Shown in pieces: positions 29,228 through 39,135 of a stretch of 64,000 nucleotides of DNA. Origin of the DNA: Candidatus Multivoradales bacterium (GTDB lineage Bacteria; Acidobacteriota; Thermoanaerobaculia; Multivoradales; JAHEKO01); contig CBDCXM010000008.1 in assembly GCA_965223855.1 (NCBI GenBank), positions 352,001 through 416,000 of the forward strand, in the 5' to 3' direction. The stretch's first letter is position 1; each line of letters opens with the position of its first letter. Below the pieces are notes generated by a model. That model was not told the origin of the DNA and did no database searches. It saw only the letters and a list, made by a program, of their open reading frames with translations. Position numbers and translations under genes: made by a program.

Positions 29228-30915
29228 GAGACCGCCGTCAACGGGCCCTCATGAACGCACCCTCCGCCGTCCTTCTCCTTGTGCTGTTGGCGGGCTGCCA
29301 GGGCGACACCGAGGCTCCGGCGGCAGCGGCGCCCGCCTCGTTCGACGACCCGCAGGTGCTGGCCGCCTGGCTCGGAGGGACGATCCGCATCGACGACCTC
29401 GATCGTCACCTTTTGGCGAAGCGGCCGTTGGCACGCCTGGCACCGCCGGATCGTTCGCAGAAGGAGTGGCTCGAGGAGCAGTTGATGCAGCTCTTCGAGC
29501 TCGAGCTGGCGCAGGAAGACGAGGCGCTCTTCGTCGAGGAGAGCTGGGAGGTCGCCCGGCGACCGCTGCTGGTCGATGCCCTGCTGCGGCTGGAGACGGC
29601 CGGCGATCGGACGACCCGCGAAGAAGCGCGTGCGATCTTCGACCGCTACCGTGACCGGGCGAAAACGCCGGAGCGCCGCATTCTCAGCAACATTCTCATC
29701 GCCTATCCCGAGGGAGCGGACGCCGGCGGCAGAGAGCAGGCGTGTGCGAGGGCTGAAGCGCTGCGAGGGGACATCGCGGCCGGGCTCAGCTTCGAGACCG
29801 CCGCACGCGAGCACTCGGACTCCCGCACCGCCGCCGCAGGAGGCGAGATCGGAGTGGTCCAGCGCGCCAGCCTGCGGGGCGAAGTTCGCGAAGAGGTTTT
29901 CTCGCTCGAGCCGGGCCGGGTCAGTCGCGTCATCCCGACTCCGGCCGGATGCCAGCTCTTCTTCGTCCGCGCAATTCTGCCGGCGACGGAGATCGACTTC
30001 GAGGAGGCGCTGCCGCAGATCCTCGAGCAACTTCGGCAGCAGAAGACGCAGGCGCTGATCGCCCGGCTGCTCGACGAGGAGTCGGAGCGCACGTCGACTC
30101 CCCTCCCCGACTTCGACGATCCTGCAGCTGCGCCGGAGTTCCCGGGGCTCACGCCACAGGCCCTCGCGTCGGCGCGAACGAGGAGCACCACGCCACGCCA
30201 GGCCTTCGGCCAGGCGGTGGCGGAGCTCATGCTCAGCCGCCGGATGCTCGACCTTCACCCCGACGAGGCGGAGCGGGCGCTCGCGACCCCGAAGCGGGAC
30301 GCCCTCCTCGACTGGCATCGCCGTCGCCAGCGGCTCGAGTGGGTCGAGCGGATCCCAGAGGCCGAGCTGCTCGAGTTCTTCGAGCAGCGTCGCAGCCAGT
30401 TCGTCTCGCAGCCCGGGATCGAGCTGACCGTGCTCACCTGGAGGCTCGAGCCGGGTGACCCGGTCGCGCAGATGCAGGAGCCGCGTCGCGTCGCCGGCGC
30501 GCTCAGGGCGGGTGGCGACCTCGAGGCCGTCTGGAGCGAAATCGAAGAGGTCGCTTCCAGGGAGCGGCTTCCGCTGACCGACTTCAGGAGCCTCCCCTCA
30601 CTCCATCCGAGGCTGTCGGTCCTCATCGGTCAGAGCTTCGAGCAGGGAGACGTTCTCGGACCGGCACGCTCCGGCGACACGATCGTGCTCGCCAGAGTCG
30701 AGAACTGGGTTCCTTCGAGACCGCTCGCCTTCGCCGAAGCGCTGGATCTGGTGCGCTCCGAGTACGCCCGCCTGCACCGCTCGGTGATCGAAGAGGAGCG
30801 GCTCGCCGCTCTGCGGGAGGAGCACCAGCTCGTTCTCAACGAGGAGGGGCTCGAGCAGTTCGGCGGGCGGCTGCTCGAGCGGCTGCTCACGGCGTCGCCG
30901 GGAGAGGCCGGTTGA
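29224..30915 (+). CDS. Lipoprotein parvulin-type PPIase/foldase (alternative start ATG 29251)
   Basis: LLAGC lipobox; SFETAAREHSD..GGEIG..GRVSRVI; FEEA repeats. Confidence 0.8.
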   Translation: MRDRRQRALMNAPSAVLLLVLLAGCQGDTEAPAAAAPASFDDPQVLAAWLGGTIRIDDLDRHLLAKRPLARLAPPDRSQKEWLEEQLMQLFELELAQEDEALFVEESWEVARRPLLVDALLRLETAGDRTTREEARAIFDRYRDRAKTPERRILSNILIAYPEGADAGGREQACARAEALRGDIAAGLSFETAAREHSDSRTAAAGGEIGVVQRASLRGEVREEVFSLEPGRVSRVIPTPAGCQLFFVRAILPATEIDFEEALPQILEQLRQQKTQALIARLLDEESERTSTPLPDFDDPAAAPEFPGLTPQALASARTRSTTPRQAFGQAVAELMLSRRMLDLHPDEAERALATPKRDALLDWHRRRQRLEWVERIPEAELLEFFEQRRSQFVSQPGIELTVLTWRLEPGDPVAQMQEPRRVAGALRAGGDLEAVWSEIEEVASRERLPLTDFRSLPSLHPRLSVLIGQSFEQGDVLGPARSGDTIVLARVENWVPSRPLAFAEALDLVRSEYARLHRSVIEEERLAALREEHQLVLNEEGLEQFGGRLLERLLTASPGEAG

Positions 30916-32210
30916 GGGCGGCCGCCTTCTCCGTCTTCACCGCCGTCCTCACAGGCACGCTCGCGGCCGGCTGCGGGCAGACCGAAGAGCTGGCGCTGAT
31001 CCGCGCCGAGAACGCCACCGAGCTCGGGCGCCACGACTGGGCCCGCCTCTACTACGCCGAGGCGCGCGCCGCAGGCACGACCGGCCCCGACCTCGAGCGG
31101 CTCGAGGCGACCTCGTGGCTCCTCGGCTATCAGCGAAGTCTCAGCGAAGGGGTCTCGCGGCTCGAGGCCTACCTCGCGAGCCAACCTGACGACAGCGAGA
31201 CAGCGCTGCTGCTGGCGTCGAACCTCCACATCCTCGGCCGGCTCGACATGTCCAATCCAGTGCTCGAGCTCCTCGACGAATCCGCGCGCGCCGACCGTTG
31301 GAGAGCCGAAGCCCTGCTCGACCAGCAGCCCGAGAGGGCTCTGGACATCGCCATCGAGGCGGCCTCGAAGATCGAACCGCACGGCTGGGAAGGAGTGATC
31401 CGGGCGCGCCTTCTGCTGCTGGCAGCTCAGGCCGCCGAGCGGCTCGACGATGCTTCGTCGGCACTGCGACACGCCGAGGCCTCGCTGGTGGAAGACCCGC
31501 TCGCCCAGGAGAGCCACTACCTGGCCTCGCGGCTCGCGCGCAGACTCGATCTCGAAGAGCGCGCCGCCACAGCTCTCGAGGAATTCGAGGCGGCAGGCAT
31601 TCTGCGGCCGTCCGGAACGTCCGGTCCGCCGTCTCTCGACGACCAGCGCCGGGCGTTCGCCACCCTCGACCACCCTCCCTTCTCGGCAGCTCCGGTTTTC
31701 CAGCTTCGAGCACTGGAGCTGGCGCTCGACAGCGGTGACCTCGCGGCCGCAACGAGCCGCCTGTCAGAGCTGCGGGCGGTCGCCAGCGACGCTCCCGAGC
31801 AGTGGCTCCGGCTGGCCGCGGCTTTCGACGAGGCCGGCTCGCCATCGGTCGCGCGCGACCTGCTCGAGCTGGCGCTCGAACAGCGTCCGGGCGACCTCCA
31901 GACGATCGTTGGTCTCGTGCGCCTCGATCTCGACGAGGGAGCCTTCGACCTCGCCGCGAAGCGGCTCGAGCCCGCGATCGGGAGTCATCCGCGCTCCGCG
32001 CGCCTGCGGCGTCAGGCCGCCCGTCTCGCCATGGGTCGCGACGACGCCGACACCGCCCTCGACCAACTCCAGACCGCCGTCGACTGGGCGCCGTGGGAGG
32101 AGGGCTGGCGCCGCGATCTCGCGACGATGCTCCGGTCCCGGGGTCGCTACGAGGAGGCGGCGGAGATAGAGAGCGCGGCGCCCCGCCTCGAGGATCACCC
32201 CGCCCCATGA
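30912..32210 (+). CDS. TPR-repeat lipoprotein
   Basis: LAAGC lipobox; multiple helical TPR-like units. Confidence 0.8.
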   Translation: MRAAAFSVFTAVLTGTLAAGCGQTEELALIRAENATELGRHDWARLYYAEARAAGTTGPDLERLEATSWLLGYQRSLSEGVSRLEAYLASQPDDSETALLLASNLHILGRLDMSNPVLELLDESARADRWRAEALLDQQPERALDIAIEAASKIEPHGWEGVIRARLLLLAAQAAERLDDASSALRHAEASLVEDPLAQESHYLASRLARRLDLEERAATALEEFEAAGILRPSGTSGPPSLDDQRRAFATLDHPPFSAAPVFQLRALELALDSGDLAAATSRLSELRAVASDAPEQWLRLAAAFDEAGSPSVARDLLELALEQRPGDLQTIVGLVRLDLDEGAFDLAAKRLEPAIGSHPRSARLRRQAARLAMGRDDADTALDQLQTAVDWAPWEEGWRRDLATMLRSRGRYEEAAEIESAAPRLEDHPAP

Positions 32211-33871
32211 AGCGCCCGGGGCCGCTAGCTCTCGATCGTCTTCTCCCGGCGATCTTCGTCGCGGTGGCGACCGCACCCACATCCGCTGCCGACTGGTTCG
32301 TCGACGTGGCAGCCGATCGCGGCATCGAGTTCCGCCACGAGGACGGACGGACGGGAGCCAAGTACTACATCGAGACCGGCGGCAGCGGTGGTGGGTGGAT
32401 CGACATCGAAGGGGACGGTGATCCCGACCTCTACCTAGTCAACGCAGCCCCCGGCCCCGGCGCGACCTTGAAGACGGAACCCCGCAACGCGCTCTACGAG
32501 AATCGCGACGGCCGATTCGTCGACGTCACAGAGGCGGCCGGCGTCGGCGACCCTTCCTTCGGCACCGGCTTCTGCGTCGGCGACGTCGATCGGGACGGCC
32601 GAAGCGACTTCCTTCTGACCAACTACGGCGAAGACCGCCTCTTCCTCAACGCCGGGGACGGTCGGTTCGAGGAGATCGGCGCCAGGGCCGGCGTCGCCGA
32701 CGGCCGCTGGGGCGCCTCCTGCAGCTTCGGCGACCTCGACGGCGACGGCGATCTCGATCTCTACGTCACCCGCTACGTCAGGTTCTCCTACGACGAGAAC
32801 CCCTACTGCGGCGATCGCGCCCGAGAACTGCGGGCCTACTGCCGACCCGATGTCTTCCGGGGAGAGCCCGACTCCCTCTACATCAACCAGGGAGACGGCA
32901 CCTTCCGCGAGGAGGGAGAGGCTCGGGGTATCCATCAGGGAGCGGACGAGAAGGGCTTCGGCGTGGTCCTCTCGGACCTCGACGACGACGCGGACCTCGA
33001 CATCTACGTCGCCAACGACGGCACCCCGAACAGGCTGTACGTCAACGACGGGAACGGCCGCTTCACCGAGTTCGGCCTCCTTTCGGGCACCGCGCTGAGC
33101 CGGCGCGGCGCCCCCGAGTCGGGCATGGGTGTGGCGCTCGGCGACTACGACGGGGACCTCGACCTCGACCTCGTCGTCACCAACTACTCGATGGAATCGA
33201 ACGCCTTCTATCGCAACGAGGGAGGTCTGGACTTTTCCGAGGTCTCGGCGCCGGCCGGTCTCAAGGAGGCCTCCTACCCTTTCGTCGGCTGGGGCGCGGC
33301 GCTCTTCGACTACGACAACGACGGCGATCTCGACCTGGCGGTGGCGAACGGCCATGCGATCGACAACATCGAGCAGTTCGAATCGATCCTGACCTACGAA
33401 CAGAAGAACCAGCTGTTCGAGAACCGCGACGGCGTGTTCGTCGAAGTGACCTCGCAGGCGGGCGCCGCCTGGCAGGTCGAACGTGCCAGCCGCGGTCTCG
33501 CCGTGGCCGATTGGAACAGCGACGGGCGGCTCGACCTGCTGGTGACCAACACCAACGCTCCTGCCGAACTGCTCGAGAACCGCGTCGGGAACGCGCACCA
33601 CTGGGTCGGCATCGAGCTCGTCGGCGGTCCCGCGAACCGGCCGGCGCTGGGCGCCCGGGTCGTCCTCACCGCAGACTCCAGGCGCCAGATACGGGAAGTC
33701 GCGAGCGGCGGCAGCTTCCTCGTCCAGGGGGACCTGAGACTCCACTTCGGTCTGGCGGGCTACTCGGGCGCGGTCGAAGCCGAGGTCCGATGGCCGGACG
33801 GCAGCGTCCAGAAGGAGACTCTCGCCAGGGTCGATCGCTACTGGCGCATCGAGCGCCGCGGGAACGAGTAG
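32207..33871 (+). CDS. CRTAC1-family protein (FG-GAP/VCBS propeller + ASPIC/UnbV)
   Basis: Repeated DxDxDGDxDL loops, SGMGVA, RGLAVAD, LHFGL..VRWPDG. Confidence 0.92.
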   Translation: MKRPGPLALDRLLPAIFVAVATAPTSAADWFVDVAADRGIEFRHEDGRTGAKYYIETGGSGGGWIDIEGDGDPDLYLVNAAPGPGATLKTEPRNALYENRDGRFVDVTEAAGVGDPSFGTGFCVGDVDRDGRSDFLLTNYGEDRLFLNAGDGRFEEIGARAGVADGRWGASCSFGDLDGDGDLDLYVTRYVRFSYDENPYCGDRARELRAYCRPDVFRGEPDSLYINQGDGTFREEGEARGIHQGADEKGFGVVLSDLDDDADLDIYVANDGTPNRLYVNDGNGRFTEFGLLSGTALSRRGAPESGMGVALGDYDGDLDLDLVVTNYSMESNAFYRNEGGLDFSEVSAPAGLKEASYPFVGWGAALFDYDNDGDLDLAVANGHAIDNIEQFESILTYEQKNQLFENRDGVFVEVTSQAGAAWQVERASRGLAVADWNSDGRLDLLVTNTNAPAELLENRVGNAHHWVGIELVGGPANRPALGARVVLTADSRRQIREVASGGSFLVQGDLRLHFGLAGYSGAVEAEVRWPDGSVQKETLARVDRYWRIERRGNE

Positions 33872-35463
33872 TTCCTGTTGGCCGGCAGGCGCTCCACCCG
33901 GAGCGTCCTTCCCTCCGCCTCGATCGTGACCGAGAACCCTTCGGCTTCGCCGAGACCGAAGAGCGCTGTCGGCTGACTCGATGACTGGTAGCTCTCTCCC
34001 CGGCGGATGAAGCGGCGCCGGGTCAAGCCACCGGTCGTCACCGCCACCTCGACCCCGACGCCCGGCACTTCGATCGCCACCCATGAGGCGTCAGCGGGCG
34101 TGGTTTCGAAGATCCGCGCGTCGTCGTCGTTGAACGACACCGCCACCGCTGGCGAGCCGTCCCGGTCGTGGTCGAGGAGCGCCAGTCCGCGACCGACCCG
34201 CGGCGTCGCGAGGACCTCAGGAGAGCGAAGGGTGAAGCGGCCCGCACCGTCGTTGACGTACCAGTGCATCGGTTGGCGCCAGGTCAGGCCGTCGTTGAGC
34301 TGCTCGACGTTGTCGATCACGTGGCCGTTGGCGACCAGCAGGTCGAGGTCTCCATCGAGATCGCCGTCCAGGAAGTGAGTGCCGAAGCCGAGCACCGGCA
34401 GCGAGGTGGCAGCCAGCCCGGCGCCGGCCGTCGCATCCAGGAAGCCGAACGGCCGTCGCAGGTAGAGAGTGTTCGTCTCGAGCGTCAGGTTCGTGACGAA
34501 GAGATCGTCCCGGCCATCGGCGTCGACGTCGCCGATCGTCACACCCATCCCCGCTTCGGTGGCGCCGAGGTCGTTGACCGCCACTCCGCGCACGATGCCG
34601 ACCTCGCGGAACCCACCGTCTCCCAGGTTCTCGTAGAGGAAGTTGGGGGTCGAATCGTTGGCGACGTAGAGATCGGGTAGACCGTCGTCGTTGAAGTCGA
34701 GTTCCGCGGCGCCGAGCCCCTTGCCAGAGGGATCGACCAGCCCGGACGACTCGGTCGCGTCGACGAACCTGCCGCCCCCGACATTCATGAAGTACCGATC
34801 GGGCGACATCGGGTAGGTGTCGGGGTGGCAGTACACCGTGATGCCGACGAGTTCGGCGTTGCACTCGACATGCTCCTCGACGCGGTAGTCGAGGTAGTTG
34901 ACGACGTAGAGGTCGAGGTCGCCATCGAGATCGGGATCGAAGAAGACGGCGCTGCTGCTCCAGGAGGGGTCCGCCACGCCCGACTCGGAGGCGACCTCCT
35001 CGAAGGTCCCGTCGCCGCGGTTGCGGAGCAGCTCGTTGGGGCCATACTGCGGCAGGTAGAGGTCGATCCAGCCGTCGCCGTCGTAGTCGCCCGCCACGAC
35101 CCCCTGACCGTAGCCGCCGACACCGGCTGCTCCCGCCTCGAGCGTCACATCGACGAATCGTCGCCCTTCGACGTTGCGATACAGCCGATTGCCGCCGCTC
35201 GCCGACTCCTCGACCAGTGAGCCGGACTGCACGAAGTAGAGGTCGGGCCAGCCGTCGCCGTCGTAGTCGAGGACCGCCACCCCGGCGCCCATCGTCTCGG
35301 GCAGGTAGCGCGTCTCGGTGGCGCCGCGGCGGTGGGTGAAGGAAAGCCCGAGCTCGGAAGTGAGGTCGCGCCACTCACTTTGCGCGGAAGCCGAGCACAC
35401 TGCCACTACGAGGGCGGCTGCCACCCGCGGCACAGGCCGGTGAGCGTGCTTGCCGGTCCTCAC
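33838..35463 (-). CDS. Second CRTAC1-family protein (FG-GAP + ASPIC/UnbV)
   Basis: YLPETMGAG, DYDGDGWPDLY repeats, AGMGV, SYQSS...FGLG; GTG start overlaps the TPR gene stop. Confidence 0.9.
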   Translation of the reverse strand: MRTGKHAHRPVPRVAAALVVAVCSASAQSEWRDLTSELGLSFTHRRGATETRYLPETMGAGVAVLDYDGDGWPDLYFVQSGSLVEESASGGNRLYRNVEGRRFVDVTLEAGAAGVGGYGQGVVAGDYDGDGWIDLYLPQYGPNELLRNRGDGTFEEVASESGVADPSWSSSAVFFDPDLDGDLDLYVVNYLDYRVEEHVECNAELVGITVYCHPDTYPMSPDRYFMNVGGGRFVDATESSGLVDPSGKGLGAAELDFNDDGLPDLYVANDSTPNFLYENLGDGGFREVGIVRGVAVNDLGATEAGMGVTIGDVDADGRDDLFVTNLTLETNTLYLRRPFGFLDATAGAGLAATSLPVLGFGTHFLDGDLDGDLDLLVANGHVIDNVEQLNDGLTWRQPMHWYVNDGAGRFTLRSPEVLATPRVGRGLALLDHDRDGSPAVAVSFNDDDARIFETTPADASWVAIEVPGVGVEVAVTTGGLTRRRFIRRGESYQSSSQPTALFGLGEAEGFSVTIEAEGRTLRVERLPANRNYSFPRRSMRQ

Positions 35464-36455
35464 GTGCCGGTCAGGGAGTCCCAGAGCTCGACTGCATCCG
35501 GCGGAGGGCTCCCCCGCTGAAACAGGACTCGCAGGAGCTCGCGCGCCTCGTCGGTCCGCCCACTGCCGGCAAGCTCCCGAGCGAGATCGATGCGCACTGC
35601 CGAGTCCTCCGGGTGGGTAGCGAGGTAGCTCCTCGCATTGTCGAGGCGATCCTCCTCGGTGCTCAGGGTGGTGAACCTCTCGAAAGCGGCTGCCGCCTCC
35701 GACTCCCTGCCGAGCCGCTGAAGCACGACCGCGCGGTTGTAGACCGCCCCCGCATGCCACGGATGGAGAGCGACGAGGGCGTCGAGGGCTGCCAGCGCCT
35801 CGTCGTATCGTTCGAGACGGGTGAGAGCAGCCCCGAGCCCGAGGCGAGCGTCCGCCGAGCCGGGCTCGAGCGCCGTCGCCTTCTCGAACATCGGCAGTGC
35901 CCGCTCCGGGTTCCCGCTCTCCTGGTAGACCTGTCCCAGGGCGAGCGCGCCCGAGGCCGTCAGCTCGCCGCTCGCAGCCACACGCTCGAGCTCGGTTCGA
36001 GCACGCTCGAGATCTCCCACCGCTCTCGCGGCATGGGCGAGGTTGATCCGCCACGCCGGCCGATCATCGATCGCCAGCGCCCCCTCGAGCTCTGCGATCG
36101 CCTCGCGGTAGCGGAAGAGCGAAGCGAGCGCCTCCGCGAGGTCACGTCGCCACATGGCGCGGCCCGGCCTCTGCTCGACTGCCCGGCGCAGTTCGCGTTC
36201 GGCCTCCCCGAAACGCCCCTGCCTCAGGAGTGACAGACCGAGGAGATAGCGGCCCGCAGGGGTCTCGCGCTGCCCGAGCGCCGCCCGCGCCCACTCTTCC
36301 GCCTGCCAGGAACGACCCTGTTCGATCTTCGCGAGGACGTCCTGCGCCGTCACCCGCCTTCCCTCGGCGGCAGCGCCGAGCAGCGGCCGAACCGGAGGCC
36401 CGAGGAGCACGGCTGCGAGGAGCGAACCAGCGGCAAAGAGACGAGAGCGGAGCAT
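35460..36455 (-). CDS. Secreted TPR-repeat protein
   Basis: Signal peptide, about 7 TPR-like units. Confidence 0.85.
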   Translation of the reverse strand: MLRSRLFAAGSLLAAVLLGPPVRPLLGAAAEGRRVTAQDVLAKIEQGRSWQAEEWARAALGQRETPAGRYLLGLSLLRQGRFGEAERELRRAVEQRPGRAMWRRDLAEALASLFRYREAIAELEGALAIDDRPAWRINLAHAARAVGDLERARTELERVAASGELTASGALALGQVYQESGNPERALPMFEKATALEPGSADARLGLGAALTRLERYDEALAALDALVALHPWHAGAVYNRAVVLQRLGRESEAAAAFERFTTLSTEEDRLDNARSYLATHPEDSAVRIDLARELAGSGRTDEARELLRVLFQRGSPPPDAVELWDSLTGT

Positions 36456-36518
36456 CGTCGGGACGATAGCAGTCCCCCACTGACGACCCGGATAAGGGGA
36501 CTGCTAGTCTGCCGCGCG

Positions 36519-37088
36519 ATGAACACACAGGCGCACGTCGTCGCGGGATTGTGGTGCTTCGGGCGCCGGCGGCAGCCGGAGCTGGCGTGGCCGCTCGCGA
36601 TCGGAGGCCTGCTTCCCGACGCGCCGATGTTCGTCTTCTACGCCGTGCAGAAGATCCGCGGCGTTGCCGAGGCGACGATCTGGACCCAGCGCTACTTCGA
36701 CTCCGGCTGGCAGACGTTCTTCGATCTCTTCAACTCCCTCCCGCTCATGGCGCTGGCCGCCCTCGTCGCCTGGCGATGCAGACTTCCGGCGCTCATGGCG
36801 GTCGTCGCGGCGATGGCGCTCCACGCGCTCCTCGATCTGCCGCTCCATCACGAGGACGCTCATCGCCACCTCTTTCCATTCTCGGACTGGCGCTTCGCCT
36901 CCCCCATCTCCTACTGGGATCCTGCACGCCACGGCGCGATAGCGTCCCTGGTCGAGATCATCGGCGTGGCCGCGGGGATCGCCGTCGTCTGGCGTCGTTT
37001 CCCGCAACGCTCCGTCCGCGTCCTGCTCGGTCTGATCGCCGCCAGCTACATCGCCTACTTCGGCTACGTCTTCACGGTCTGGGTGTGA
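36519..37088 (+). CDS. Membrane metal-dependent hydrolase-like protein
   Basis: N-terminal TQAH, LLPD, LHALLDLPLHHEDAH, ISYWDP. Confidence 0.7.
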   Translation: MNTQAHVVAGLWCFGRRRQPELAWPLAIGGLLPDAPMFVFYAVQKIRGVAEATIWTQRYFDSGWQTFFDLFNSLPLMALAALVAWRCRLPALMAVVAAMALHALLDLPLHHEDAHRHLFPFSDWRFASPISYWDPARHGAIASLVEIIGVAAGIAVVWRRFPQRSVRVLLGLIAASYIAYFGYVFTVWV

Positions 37089-37089
37089 C

Positions 37090-38133
37090 GTGCTGACTTC
37101 CGATTTCGACTTCGATCTTCCCGAAGATCGGATCGCTCAGGAGGCGGCTCCCAGGGGAGAGAGCCGGCTCTTCGTCACCTCGGAGCAGGGAACGGCACGG
37201 CACCAGGTCATCGGTGACCTCGCCGACCTGCTGAAGCCGGGCGACCTCATGATCGTCAACGACACGCGGGTCATCCCGGCCCGTCTTTTCGGCCGGCGCT
37301 CGACAGGCGGTCGTATCGAGATCCTCCTCGTCGAGAAGTCGGCAACGACCGAATGGACGGCCCTGGTACGGCCCGGCAAGAGAGCCCGGCCGGGCTCCGT
37401 TCTCCTGTTCGCCGACGGCCTCGAGGCCGAGGTCCTGGAGAAACTCGACGACGGCCGCCACCGACTCTCCTTCTCCGTCCCGGTCGAGCCGCACCTTCCG
37501 ACCCAGGGGCAGGTCCCGCTCCCGCCCTACATCCGGCGACCGGCGAGCGAAGCGGACGAGGAGCGCTACCAGACGGTCTATGCGGCCGCCGACGGCGCCA
37601 TCGCCGCGCCGACGGCCGGCCTCCACTTCACACCTGAACTGCTCGACCGGTTGCGCGATATGGGCGTGATGATCGAACCCATCACGCTCCACGTCGGCAT
37701 CGGCACGTTCAAGCCGGTGACCGCCCGACTGGTCCACGAACACGCGATGGAAGAGGAGCGCTACACCATCCCCGAGACGGTCTCCCACGCCGTCGAGGCG
37801 ACTCGGACAAGAGGCGGCGCGATCGTGGCCGTCGGCACGACGGTCGTCCGGGCGCTCGAGAGCGCCGCCCTCCCCGACGGCAGCCTGCGCTCGGGCGACG
37901 GGCGCACGTCGCTCTTCATCACCCCCGGCTATCGCTTCCGAATCGTCGACCGTCTTCTGACCAACTTCCACCTCCCCCGCTCGACGCTGTTGATGCTGGT
38001 GAGCGCGTTCGCAGGAAGGAAGCGAGTGCTCGCCGCCTACCGGGAGGCGGTCGCCGAGGGCTACCGCTTCTACTCCTACGGTGATGCCATGCTGCTCGAT
38101 CGCGACCGTCGCTCCCCGAGCGGCCGCTACTGA
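37090..38133 (+). CDS. queA: S-adenosylmethionine:tRNA ribosyltransferase-isomerase
   Basis: NDTRVIPARL, PLPPYI, YQTVYA, AAPTAGLHFT, TNFHLP, YSYGDAM. Confidence 0.97.
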   Translation: MLTSDFDFDLPEDRIAQEAAPRGESRLFVTSEQGTARHQVIGDLADLLKPGDLMIVNDTRVIPARLFGRRSTGGRIEILLVEKSATTEWTALVRPGKRARPGSVLLFADGLEAEVLEKLDDGRHRLSFSVPVEPHLPTQGQVPLPPYIRRPASEADEERYQTVYAAADGAIAAPTAGLHFTPELLDRLRDMGVMIEPITLHVGIGTFKPVTARLVHEHAMEEERYTIPETVSHAVEATRTRGGAIVAVGTTVVRALESAALPDGSLRSGDGRTSLFITPGYRFRIVDRLLTNFHLPRSTLLMLVSAFAGRKRVLAAYREAVAEGYRFYSYGDAMLLDRDRRSPSGRY

Positions 38134-38134
38134 T

Positions 38135-38569
38135 CTAGCGGCCGCGGGCGAACGAGACGGGAACACAGAAGAAGATGCCGAAGATCGCGCTGGCCCATAT
38201 CGGCGCGAGCGGCACGCTCTGCTGCTGGGCGAGGGGTGCCGTCGCCCAGACAAGGGCGAGCACGCTGGGTGGCGCCAGCAGATAGACCGGCAGGAGCCGA
38301 CGACGCACCGGCTTGCCGAACGGACGCCGCCGAACCACGTAGAGATTGCCGAGAGCCCAGCCGAGGAGACCGGCGAAGCCGTAGAGCGGGTAGAGCCCCA
38401 CCCTTCCGTATCCCGCCAGGCCGCGACCGGCCAGGAGCGAGATCGCGGCGATCGCCCAGAGGACGACTCCGGTGACCGCCAGCCAGGCCTCGAGTCGCAG
38501 CTTCGGGGGGCGGCTAGCCGTGGTTCGTGAACTCCTCGTACTGCTCGGCCGACATGAGCTCCTCGGCAT
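38135..38569 (-). CDS. Small multi-TM hypothetical protein (true start unclear, probably near 38500)
   Basis: Four hydrophobic segments; follows gcvH. Confidence 0.55.
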   Translation of the reverse strand: MPRSSCRPSSTRSSRTTASRPPKLRLEAWLAVTGVVLWAIAAISLLAGRGLAGYGRVGLYPLYGFAGLLGWALGNLYVVRRRPFGKPVRRRLLPVYLLAPPSVLALVWATAPLAQQQSVPLAPIWASAIFGIFFCVPVSFARGR

Positions 38570-38894
38570 CGGCGCCCTCGGCGAGGCGCAGACGCACCAG
38601 CCAACCCTCGCCGTGCGGATCCTCGTTGACCTTCTCCGGTGCCTGCTCGAGCTCCTCGTTGACGGCGATCACTTCGCCGGCCAGCGCCGTGTAGATCTCG
38701 GAGACCGCCTTGACCGACTCGATCGTCCCGATCTCGTCGCCGGCCTCGAAGGTCGATCCGACCTCCGGCAGCTCGACGAACACCACCTCGCCCAGCTCGT
38801 CCTGGGCGAACGACGTGATGCCGAGCGTGCACTCGTCACCGTCGACGTCGAACCACTCGTGCTCGTTGGAGTAGCGAAAGTTCTCCGGATACAT
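38514..38894 (-). CDS. gcvH: Glycine cleavage system H protein
   Basis: HEW, GITSFAQDELG, IESVKAVS lipoyl-Lys motif. Confidence 0.97.
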   Translation of the reverse strand: MYPENFRYSNEHEWFDVDGDECTLGITSFAQDELGEVVFVELPEVGSTFEAGDEIGTIESVKAVSEIYTALAGEVIAVNEELEQAPEKVNEDPHGEGWLVRLRLAEGADAEELMSAEQYEEFTNHG

Positions 38895-39135
38895 TCTGTT
38901 CCCCTCCCTTGGAGCCGACAGTCTAACCTGCTCGTCGCGAACCGCTCCCTGGCCTGCGGACTCTGCGAGGTCTCGTCGCGAGAGGCGAAGCGCCCGTCGG
39001 ATCGGGCCACTGGCGGCGACGAGCCACGCGGGCGCACCTTCGGCACGTCGAGGAGCCTGGACGGACCGAGAGGGCGGGCGATCCGACCGGTCAGCAACGG
39101 GACTCGCGAACTGTGCAGGCTCGTCCCGAGCGCCG

